Made by a program: the position numbers and the translations under genes. From Macrostomum lignano (Eukaryota): DNA of 64,000 bases. The DNA is taken from the NCBI GenBank assembly GCA_002269645.1, contig NIVC01000020.1, positions 62,001-126,000 on the forward strand. Reading direction: 5' to 3'. The notes beneath the pieces were generated by a model that was given only the letters and a program-made list of their open reading frames with translations, was not told the origin of the DNA and did no database searches. Shown piece after piece: positions 23,601 to 33,520 of the stretch. Each line of letters starts with the position of its first letter. The stretch's first letter is position 1.

Positions 23601-24171
23601 CGGCTCCAACGCCGATCGCAAACACGCGGCTCTCCTCCGGTGCGTCCTGCTCGATCAGCTGATCAGCAACTCTGAAGATGGAGCGAACCCACTTGTTACG
23701 AACTACGTATCCCACTGCCTCGGCAGCCTTCTCCGAGCTGAAGCTTTCTTTCATTGACCCCGACACGTCCAGCAGCACTCCAGTCAGCACCGACCTTGCT
23801 GGGCTGGCCTCCGCTTCAGGTGGTGCTTCAGCCTCCGCTTCAGGTGGTGCTCCAGCCTCCGCTTCAGGTGGTGTTTCAGCCTCCGCTTCAGGTGGTGCTC
23901 CAGCCTCCGCTTCAGGCGGTGCTCCAGCCTCCGCTTCAGGTGGTGCTCCAGCCTCCGCTTCAGGCGGTGCTCCAGCCTCCACTTCAGGCGGTGCTTCAGC
24001 CTCCGCTTCAGGCTGTGCTTCAGCCTCCGCTTCAGGCGGTGCTCCAGCCTCCGCTTCAGGTGGTGCTCCAGCCTCCGCTTCAGGCGGTGCTCCAGCCTCC
24101 ACTTCAGGCGGTGCTTCAGCCTCCGCTTCAGGCTGTGCTTCAGCCTCCGCGTCAGGTGGCGTTTCAGCCTC
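20606..24171 (-). CDS. vWA domain (split by three helical repeats) + papain-like cysteine peptidase + C-terminal CxxC..CxxC Zn ribbon; large last exon with one frameshift at 21012-21014
   Basis: MIDAS motifs VLLDVSGSM, GGTPL, FVLSDG. Peptidase motifs RQSELTCYAVASA (Cys), FGHAVVL (His), MNSW then GSGWGDGGFFRV after restoring one base. Ends CPLC...CPRC. Acceptor ctttgcag| at 24172. Confidence 0.85.
23800..24170 (-). repeat. 24-bp coding tandem repeat (PPEAEAGA)n at the 5' end of the large exon
   Basis: About 15 in-frame copies within the 1074-aa ORF. Confidence 0.9.
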
Positions 24172-25061
24172 CTGCAAAGTTAAGCAATTGCCAGGGCTAT
24201 GAAGGATGCTTTAACAGTTTCAATAGACTTATGAAAATGTTTGCCATTTCAAGAACAAATCGCATATGAATTCTATTAGCTTATTTGACTGCTTATTGAT
24301 AAAAATGATAAGCCTTAGTCAAAGGAACATAAAGATTGCGGCAACAGAAATACAGAAGATGAACACAACAGACAATATAGGCGAGTTTAAATTATATCTC
24401 ATCTAGTGTCTAATTAATTTTTAGTATGCAAAAGTTATAGCCCTGAGCCCTTTGAATTTAGCCCTTTGAATTTTGAATTTGAAATAAATTCTATTCGAGC
24501 TACTATAATTTTGTCAGCTACAGCTATGGATGTACAAAACTTCGAATAAATAAATGCATAGTGGAATAATACATAAATAAATAAATAAACGCAATAACTG
24601 CGGCTGAACTGTCGGTTGCACAGCAGCCTATTTGGGGCAGGTGTAATCAATTAATAAATTATTAGTATTTATTAACTAATTATTAACTAACTAAGCATTA
24701 AAACTTCAAAAAACTCAAGCGGGTTTTGTAGTCTTTCTGTTCGCGCATGAACAACTCAGGAGCTCCCGAACTGAAAATAAGTTGAAGCAAGCTTTCCATT
24801 GTTCGAAGCTAGAGCAGTTTTGAAACGGTACGTTTTTGTGGTACTCACGGAAAATTGACGCATTTAAACAAATTTTTTTATTCATTGACGATGCTCAGAT
24901 AATTTTCTTTCTTTCTTCCAATTAATATTAATATTGTGACAGTTCTAATTGAAATGCGTTTTTGTTATAAACGAATTTGTCTTTAAATTTGGTTTAAAAC
25001 TTGAGTCCCAACACCTACTTTGGTACGGAAATTGGTATAATTTCAACGCATGCAGGGGTAC

Positions 25062-25333
25062 CTGGTAAATGTCTGGTGTATGCACATTGGGTATGCTGGT
25101 ATGCTGACGTAGGTGAAAAAATGAATTCTCTTCATATCTTCTGAAATATTTCAGGCTTGGTTTGTTTGGTTTAGTTTGGTCTTTTGGTTTCGCTGTATTT
25201 TTGGGCAAAAGCCACTGAAGAATAGCTGAGGGAACTTCCGCAATGTCAGCGGTTCGTCCACCTCGGCGGTTTGTTTCCCGTCGTCCGCGAGGATCTGCTT
25301 GTCTGGGCTGCCTAACATTCCGTGAGAGCAGTT
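25062..25333 (-). CDS. Putative upstream exon of the vWA-peptidase gene
   Basis: Acceptor ctgcag| at 25334. Stop-free 272 nt (phase 1 in, phase 0 out). Donor CAG|GTACC at 25061 is phase-compatible with the 24171 exon. Confidence 0.5.
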
Positions 25334-25703
25334 CTGCAGTCCGAGGCCCTACCTGCAGTCCGAATCCCTACCTGCAGTCCGAATCCCTACCTGCAGTCCG
25401 AATCCCTACCTGCAGTCCGAATCCCTACCTGCAGTCCGAATCCCTACCTGCAGTCCGAATCCCTAATACGTGCAGTCCGAATCCCTACCTGCAGTCCGAA
25501 TCCCTAATACGTGCAGTCCGAATCCCTACCTGCAGTCCGAATCCCTACCTGCAGTCCGAATCCCTACCTGCAGTCCGAATCCCTAATACGTGCAGTCCGA
25601 ATCCCTACCTGCAGTCCGAATCCCTACCTGCAGTCCGAATCCCTACCTGCAGTCCGAATCCCTACCTGCAGTCCGAATCCCTACCTGCAATCCGAATCCC
25701 TAC
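25334..25703 (-). repeat. 19-bp minisatellite GTAGGGATTCGGACTGCAG coinciding with a predicted intron
   Basis: About 19 units. The first GT of the array is the donor at 25703 and the last CAG is the acceptor at 25334. Confidence 0.95.
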
Positions 25704-26139
25704 CTGAACTCCGAGGCCTCACTTGGCCACCGAGGGGCCGCAGTGTATCAGGTGGTGTTCGCTGTACGAAGCCGAGAGTTGAATTCTGACAGACTCGCTC
25801 GAATAGCAGGTTGATCAGCAATCTATCACCAACGTACACGTACAATGTACGGCACACAACGAACACGGTAAGAGATCCCAACTGAGTCCCTCTGAGCTCT
25901 CCAGTCAATCCAGTTTGTTTCAGTACCTGACAGGCAACAATGGAGCACGCAGAACAGGCAGTCCTCTCCTCAAATCCATCTCTCCATACGCACCAGCTTG
26001 GCACGGGATCGGCTTCTGTAAGTGTTTTGACGGTAAAAGAGTTCTGGACAGAGATGACAGCGGCGGCTTTACACTGAGTCTGTCTGGCATCATCCTGCTT
26101 TACATAGATTGACGTGTCTGTGCCGGAATCTAAATACAT
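25704..26139 (-). CDS. Putative first coding exon of the vWA-peptidase gene
   Basis: ATG at 26139, open frame to donor TCA G|GTAGG at 25703, phase 1 matching the next exon. No recognisable domain. Confidence 0.4.
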
Positions 26140-26477
26140 CCCAGCCGAGCAGGGGCACTAGAGTGAATCAGTGTCACTGAGAACATCTCCCGCACAGCAC
26201 GCTTCAATACATGCATGTCCGCTCTCCATTTGTGGACAATAATGGTAGACGGGTTCTGACGCAAGATACCGCAGTTTTCTCGTCTCTATTCGAGACCGTT
26301 CTTAGTTTATGTTCTACCTATTAGTTATGCTCTGCAAATTTGCTGGCGTTAGAGCAGCTCTTTAATTTAAAATATGCAAAAACGTCTGGTGATTTTGAGC
26401 ACTTCAGCTATAAACCTTTCCAGATCTTCCAGCTCAAACGAGTCTAATTTTCGCTAAAAATATCCTATGAGTGTAAA

Positions 26478-26786
26478 CAACAACAACAACAACAATCGGG
26501 GCTAGACCCCATCGGTGCTGGCCGCCAGTGCTAGACTGTCAGGCGTGGGGTGGAAGGTCCGCTGGCCACGGACACGAAAGCTGGAATAACGGCCCCTCTG
26601 CTGGGGTTGACCCTGGTGGACCTGGTGGCAGGCTCGCCGACATGCCCTCTGCACATTCACGCGGCGACGCGGTGGTGCAAGGCCCCTGTCCTATGGTGAG
26701 CGGGACAATGACGGCTGGTTGTGCCATGTTGCAGTCAGACCGTTCCCGTAGGCCCAATGACCAGGTGACCCAGCGGGGCCGTCATC

Positions 26787-26820
<34 letters not shown>

Positions 26821-27053
26821 GAATACGCAGTTAGCGTCACAGGGCGCGCCTCAAGGCCAGGTCGCGAACGAACGCTACGCCGCCGGCCGAATCCGGGGGC
26901 GCCGGCGTCAGCCAGCAGGCAGTCGACGAAACGCCGAGTGCGCGCCTGCCCCCGCCGGTAGGGTGCCTGCAGCGTCAGCAGCAGCACCTCCTGCACCGGC
27001 TCTGGGCAGTACGACTCGGCGCGGATGATGTGGCCTGCCAGCTGGAGTCTCCG
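26478..27053 (-). mobile_element. 5'-truncated RTE-like LINE 3' end with a (GTT)n tail, an extra segment of about 290 bp and a second (GTT)n tail
   Basis: RRLQLAGHIIRAESYCPEPVQEVLLLTLQAPYRRGQARTRRFVDCL matches the 59536-61114 element. Near-TSD atg(a/g)gtgtaaa at 26467-26477 and 27054-27064. Confidence 0.85.
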
Positions 27054-27897
27054 ATGGGTGTAAATGGGTGTAAAGTATGCATTTAAGTACATATAGTTGC
27101 GCCCATTTTAGGATTCCTTTTATTGTTAGGGAAATTTGATAAGTAAGAGTAGCTTTTTCGAGCACTTTTTCTAAGGGACTCTCTTTTAGAACTTCGGGGA
27201 ATCTTAGAATATACTCGTACCGATCGCTATGTACTTCAATTCTAGATGTTCCCCAGTCCTCTTGGTAATACCTCAGCATCATCTTGGCAGATCCTACCTC
27301 GCAAACGTAATTTTCCACATTTAGGGATTTGTTTAGGAATCAGTCTGGCATCGAGTGTGTCATGGGAGTCATTTATTGTAGCTAACTTCGCTGTGGCTGC
27401 TCAGCTAGATTCCGAGCAAAAATGCTTTATGCATGGAAGACTTGTACTCCTACTTTCGGTTTCAAAGCGACTAGTTGGAAGTTCCCTTTTGTTCTGGGTG
27501 TTTTCAGGGTACAGCAATATGTCTATGCATATTCAGCTCAATTGACCGGTTTCCAGGAAATTATTGAGTAAACCTAACCGAGGAAGTTCCCTTTTATGAG
27601 AACAAATTTTCTATAGCGACACTGGCATTTTGCTGGACTGCTTGGGGTAGAGAGAATGTACACATGTTTTGAAACCCAGGTAGTTCTTTTTCTTTCAACT
27701 AAATAGACTTGATGCACTGCTAGAGACTGTACAATTCACATGTAGCTGTACAAGCTCAGTTCGCTTTCAGTACAGGTTCTTTCCCACAGTATAAAAGAGA
27801 TAACAATGAAAAACTGCCGGAATTCCGCGTGCACTCAGGCTCTTCATTTTCTTGTTTACTGTTGTCAGGTTTCAATCCCAACGAAAAACTTAACAAT

Positions 27898-28221
27898 ATG
27901 TCTGACAATTTTCAAAGCTGGACAGACATCAGCATTCTTGGAAGTGGTGGCTTCGGAAAGGTGTGCAAAGTGTGCACTGACACCGGCTCAATATTGGCTG
28001 CCAAGTACATTGAGACCAGCGCGATGAGTGCAGACAGCCAGAGAGAAGTCCAGAATGAAGTATCAACTCTTCGGCAGCTGGACCATCCCAATATCGTTCG
28101 CTTCGTTACCGCAAAGCATCAGGGCAACAAGCTGGTTGTGTTCACCGAGTTGATTGAGGGTAGCGACCTGTCAGAGCTAGGACAACTCGCAGAACAAAGG
28201 GCTGTTGGCTTCTTGCATCAA
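27898..28221 (+). CDS. Ser/Thr protein kinase (STE/MAP3K-like), exon 1
   Basis: ATG at 27898; LGSGGFGKV, AAK, EV..L..LDHPNIVRF, VFTELIEG. Donor CAA|GTGAGT at 28222, phase 0. Confidence 0.9.
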
Positions 28222-28375
28222 GTGAGTATTTGGAATGGTGAAATAATTTTCTCAGTCTGGTACAGTAGCCTGATAATTAACTAACCATACCAGTCTTGTT
28301 TTATCGACACGTTTTGGAAGCATATATAAGCTATGCTGATTTTTAATGAAGCAACTTTATTATTCCTAAATTCAG

Positions 28376-28867
28376 ATCTGCAAGGGCCTCCTGTACTTGC
28401 ACACCCGGAACCCCCCGGTGCTGCATCGCGATCTCAAGGGCCAGAACATCATGGTGACTCGGGAAGGCATTGTGAAGATCATTGACTTCGGCCTCTCCAT
28501 CAAACTAAACATGGAAATGAAAAGGGGAATGCAGGCTACTGATATACTCATGACCTGCACCAACGCCTGCGGCACTCTACCGTTTATGGCCCCCGAAGTG
28601 TTCACTACTCGGCGCTTCAGCGTAAAGTCCGATGTGTGGGCCCTCGGCATCACAGTCTACCAGATGATCAGCGGTGCCGTGCCATTTTACACTAAATCCA
28701 CGACGGAAATCATTGACACTGTCACTGGTAGCGGAGCTCCCAGCAGACTGCCTGTCAAGTGTTCCGCGCAGCTGTCAGATTTCTACAGCAGCTGCACAGC
28801 CTTGGACCCAGGAAGGCGTCCTCCGGTGCGGGAACTGCTGCAGCACCCGATATTTTCAGGCTACTGA
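28376..28867 (+). CDS. Ser/Thr protein kinase, exon 2
   Basis: Acceptor ttcag|; ICKGLLYLH...HRDLKGQN...KIIDFG...GTLPFMAPE...KSDVWALG...RPPVRELLQHP, then stop. The protein is about 271 aa, catalytic domain only. Confidence 0.92.
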   Translation: MCKGLLYLHTRNPPVLHRDLKGQNIMVTREGIVKIIDFGLSIKLNMEMKRGMQATDILMTCTNACGTLPFMAPEVFTTRRFSVKSDVWALGITVYQMISGAVPFYTKSTTEIIDTVTGSGAPSRLPVKCSAQLSDFYSSCTALDPGRRPPVRELLQHPIFSGY

Positions 28868-30961
28868 CCAGATTGAAGCCCGCAGCAGACCTGCCTGTTG
28901 AATGTTTAACTAAAGACAAAAACAATTTTAGCTGCTTAACCGAGCTCAGTGACGATCTAATATATCGCTAGTGTTTTTATGATATTTCGCTAGTTTTTAG
29001 GAGCTATCTTATGGAAAAAGACAATAATGCTTCTGATTTTAACGCATCACAACTATTGAACAATAATTGACGAAATCGATTTAACGCTCCATTGGTACAC
29101 TACTTAAACACTTGATTGATTATTCTATTCAGACAAAATTCCGTCAGCCACCTCTACGATTTTAAGTAATATCTCTTTAAATACACATTTTAGATCCAAA
29201 TTCACCTTATGATAATATGATAAGACGCATCATATTAGTCTTAACGAAGCCCAGATTTTCAAAGGCTTAGTCAAAATGCGATCCATCGTTTGCCTTCAGA
29301 TAGAAACGCAGCGTCCTCAGTCCTCGATAGAAATCAATAGCGAGGGATGAGGAGGAAAATCGCTCAAACTGCAGCAGCAGGAATCTCGCTTGCTGCCACA
29401 GAATGAAGCGAATAAACGTGCTGCATTGGTGGGTGCAGCCCACTGTATTTTATTGTCACTAAATAATCTTCACTCGAATAAGGTCGTAATAATCAATAAT
29501 CATAAATCAATAATTGCAACGATTGATGGAAGCTCAATGAGGAAGAATCGCAAACGGCCGAGTTTGCGTTTTTGAATCACATTCTGATCGTTTTACTCTG
29601 CGCGCAAATGATGTTTTGCCATAAGCAATCCTGTACTATTGAGCGTGCAGAGCTGTCAAGTAAAACGAAAATGCTGCTTTTGTGTGTTCTGGGTGCTATT
29701 TTGTCTTTTGTGCTTTTTAGCTCATGAATTGTCGAATTTCCAATTTTTCCGAGTTTTCATTTTTATAATCTTGAAGTTTTCCAGAGAAGGACTGCAGATT
29801 TTGCTATTAAGTGCAAATAACATTGATCGCAATGTCACTTCACGGTAATGACCTCTGATTAATGAACGGTCATTATGGGTAAGAAAATTCAATCAATTCT
29901 TAACCTTCCATTTGTACTTCGTTATAATCAACGCATCACTGATTTCATTTCAAGTCATCGTAGATCTCTCACTCTGGATTAGTTATGTACAAGAGTGACT
30001 TGCTTCACACCTTTGCTACGCTAAATGAATTAAAAACTTAACCACACGCTGCTATCTGACTGTTACCTGCCCATTCAGGTTAGTTGTGTGCGGTAAGGCT
30101 GCAGGAATATTTTTAGTAGCTACGAGCTAGCACAATCCACCGAGAAAGTCCATTCTCAGAGCCTCTGGGTGTGCTTAAGTTTGTTAAGTACGAGCGACAA
30201 GCGTACAATGTGAAAGCGAAGTTCTCTTTCTAGTGTACATTTAGAAACCGCATATTCGTACAATATCTCAGAATTCTGTCATTGCGCCTGTTTTGTGTAG
30301 TTTGCTTCCATTTTCACTTACCTACCCGATAGTTGCACTCAGCGGCTCTCCAGATCTGTCTTATCAGAGACGCCGTCGTGTGATGCCAGGGTTGCATGCC
30401 AGATGTAGTGGCTTTCGTAAGTGAGTGTAAAGTTGTAGGCATTTTATACAGACAAGACTGACACACGTGACTAGAAATGAACTAAATTACAGCTGAGATC
30501 ATAAAATTTGAAAAAAAGAAAGCAGACAAATGAGCAAATCTGAGTTAGCTACAGAGCTACCGCAAAATTTAAAAGATTTGGCTGAAATATATGTAAGCTC
30601 ATAGCTAGAAAAGCCAGGAGAATGAAAGCAAAAACGAACATTAGCTTTGATTACAACGGTTTTAATATTACTTTTAATATTTAGAATACATTAATATACT
30701 CGATTTTCTGGTTGTGAGTACCCCAAGTCTGACCCGAACAGACCTTAGTACTCGTACGAGTATGCGTGGGCAAGCTGAATAAATGACCGGATAAGCTATA
30801 TATTAACTAAGTTACATTAAGGATTAACTAAGTCACACTACTATAAGTTAAGCTTTGTAGAAAGTATCAAAGTACAATAAGCATTGTTTTCTGCAACTAA
30901 GCTGGCCACAGAGAAGTTCAGAATCTTTCACTTTATTAAGCCATTGTTGTAGCCGGCTCAA

Positions 30962-32218
30962 TCATTTGTCTTTGCCTTCCTCGTCGTTGTCGGAGTCGCA
31001 GTCGCAGTCGCAGACGCTGAGAATTTGAACCAAAAGTGCATCGAAGAATGCTTTCTTAGTCGCGTCATCGAGCGGAACCGGAGCGCCATTGATCTCGTCA
31101 GTCACGACGTCTCCCATCGGGATGTGTTGCCCAACTTTCTTGCAGTTGCCGCAACGCGCCACGGCACGAAACTGTTGGCCGTCATACTCGATGGTGATCA
31201 TTCTGCTGGGAGCAGCACGCGGGTTGCCCCGGGCTTTGTGGAATTCATGCAGCGCGTGCTGCTCCGCGCAGCTCGGCTCACCTCCAGCCGAACCGCGGAC
31301 TTTAGGCGCTCCGTTCGGGAACTTTTCGTTCAGCATCCGCTGTGTGGTTGCTTCCTCGCCTTGGAAGGGATCCAGGCGCTGTGCCTTCCGAAGGCGGAAG
31401 GAATAGCCGGTGTATGCGGTACCTTCCACATCGATTACCATGGCGCACTTGGTTCCTTTGAGGCCTTCGGGGCCAGATTTTACAGCTTCCTTCATCTGTA
31501 GAGCGACATGCTGGATTTCTCGGACAATGACATCTACCGATTCTGCGCCCGCCAGTTCGAGTTTTCCCTGGCGAACTGCCTCGACGATTTCACTCTTCAT
31601 CTGTGCGTACGCAGCTCTTTTCGCTGTGAAATTCTCTACGGCCTTTGCACCGCGGTAACCTGCCACACCATCAAAAACAAACGTCACCACCCAGTCGAAG
31701 CCTTCTCCAGCTGACATTTTACTGTTGCGGAGTTGGTCTACTGCATGAAAGTGTCCGTACAGCCGCTTTTCGTTATGAAGAGCCGAATCAACTGCAGATA
31801 TGATCCCATCCATTGCTGCTCCCCCAGCAACTCCTCCGGCAACGGCTCCCGCGGGACCACAGGCAGCACAGCCAGCAATCCCACCTCCGAGAACGCCCAC
31901 TGAACGCGAGGCCGCCTTCATGGCTTTGTCACCGCCCTCTCTGTCACCGAATGCGTAATGGCCGGCACCTTTCACGTGGCCGAGAACTGGAACTGCATCG
32001 GCAAAGTCGGAAACTCCCTGAAGAAAGTAGAGTTGGGACTCTTTAGCAAATTCAGAATTACCGCTAGCAAGAGCGACAGTTGCCACAACCTGCGATACAA
32101 CAGGGCAACCCTTGACAAAGTTTTTTTGTGTTTGCTTGGCACCTTCGGTGTCGCCAGCAATCAGCTGGACCGCACTTTTTGTTTGGGAGATTACCGGCAG
32201 GCTGTCTGTATTTCCCAT
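30962..32218 (-). CDS. Intronless 418-aa protein: myristoylation signal, helical hairpin repeats, glycine zipper, and a C-terminal zinc-dependent nucleic-acid deaminase-fold domain (CAE...CxxC, YwqJ-like)
   Basis: MGNTDS start. Repeats PVISQ / PVVSQ / PVLGH. GVLGGGIAG...GPAGAVAGGVAGGAAMDG. Deaminase-like AYTGYS...SCAEQHAL...ARCGNC...MGDVVTD. Confidence 0.8.
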   Translation of the reverse strand: MGNTDSLPVISQTKSAVQLIAGDTEGAKQTQKNFVKGCPVVSQVVATVALASGNSEFAKESQLYFLQGVSDFADAVPVLGHVKGAGHYAFGDREGGDKAMKAASRSVGVLGGGIAGCAACGPAGAVAGGVAGGAAMDGIISAVDSALHNEKRLYGHFHAVDQLRNSKMSAGEGFDWVVTFVFDGVAGYRGAKAVENFTAKRAAYAQMKSEIVEAVRQGKLELAGAESVDVIVREIQHVALQMKEAVKSGPEGLKGTKCAMVIDVEGTAYTGYSFRLRKAQRLDPFQGEEATTQRMLNEKFPNGAPKVRGSAGGEPSCAEQHALHEFHKARGNPRAAPSRMITIEYDGQQFRAVARCGNCKKVGQHIPMGDVVTDEINGAPVPLDDATKKAFFDALLVQILSVCDCDCDSDNDEEGKDK

Positions 32219-33164
32219 TGTTACTCTTTATACGTTTGCCGGCTTCATCAGTGATAGCAATTTAAATCCGTCTGGAAAAATGGGGAGGTTTTTAGTAGAA
32301 GGCGCAACTTTTTAGTACAGCTCAAATTATGTTTCAATTAAAAATTATCTTAAAAATAGATAAAATCTTACCTTGCTCTAAGAAATTCTGATTCAGATTA
32401 TGGAGGGTGAGGACGGCTGTCTACATCTTTGAGTTAGTCTATATATAAAGAGACACTTGGTGTACAATCTTGCCACTATTATGCACGTAATAGGCAGCCA
32501 CCTCACCTTTGCTACTTGAAAAAAATTCGAGGCTCGTGCTTTGTACGTCTGTACTAGCTCCAGTGCGATTTTCAGTACTAGCTCCAGTGCGATTTTCAGT
32601 ACTAGCTCCAGTGCGATTTTCAGCATCTTTTGAGCATGGATATTAGCCACTCTCATACTACTCATAGCACGGATGACGAAAGTGAAAAAGCGTAGTACAG
32701 AGGCCGTCTACTCGAGTACATGTAGATCCCAGCTTTTCAGCAAGACACCAAAAGTACCAATAAAGCTTAGACAATAGCAGACTAGTTTGCTTTTTGTAGC
32801 TTATTTTGTACGATTACTTGCCTATGAACCACAAAGTCACAAACTTTATTCATTCATAGCTTGCTGATTGTCAGGCATCGGAGCACATTCGGTACAATGA
32901 CAACTAGGAACACTTCGTTATAGAGTCTAGTAGTCTAGTCTAGTAGTCCTTGATTCGGTGATGCAGATTTCTACATTTGCGACAGTGAGTAGGCAGCCCA
33001 GCCCTCTCGTGACTTAGCAATTTCAACCAATGCTCTCCTTCTGGTAATTTTTATACTATTGTTAGTAGCCTGGCCTTCACCATTCGCTTGGTCTACGACT
33101 AAGGACCGCTAAAATTTATCTGCGTGACAACCGACTGACAACAACTTGTGTCAGCCCTGGCTGT

Positions 33165-33520
33165 GCTGTCAGTCGGGACTGTGCTGTCTCAGGACTGTGC
33201 TGTCTCGGGACTGTGCTGTCAGTCGGGACTGCGCTGTCTCGGGGCTGTGCTGTCAGTCGGGACTGTGCTGTCTCGGGACTGTGCTGTCTCGGGACTGTGC
33301 TGTCTCGGGACTGTGCTGTCTCGGGGCTGTGCTGTCAGTCGGGACTGTGCTGTCAGTCGGGACTGTGCTGTCTCGGGACTGTGCTGTCTCGGGACTGCGC
33401 TGTCTCGGGACTGTGCTGTCAGTCGGGACTGTGCTGTCTCGGGGCTGTGCTGTCAGTCGGGACTGTGCTGTCTCGGGACTGTGCTGTCTCGGGACTGTGC
33501 TGTCTCGGGGCTGTGCTGGC
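33165..33520. repeat. 16/18-bp minisatellite gggactgtgctgtc(tc/agtc)
   Basis: About 21 copies. Confidence 0.95.
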
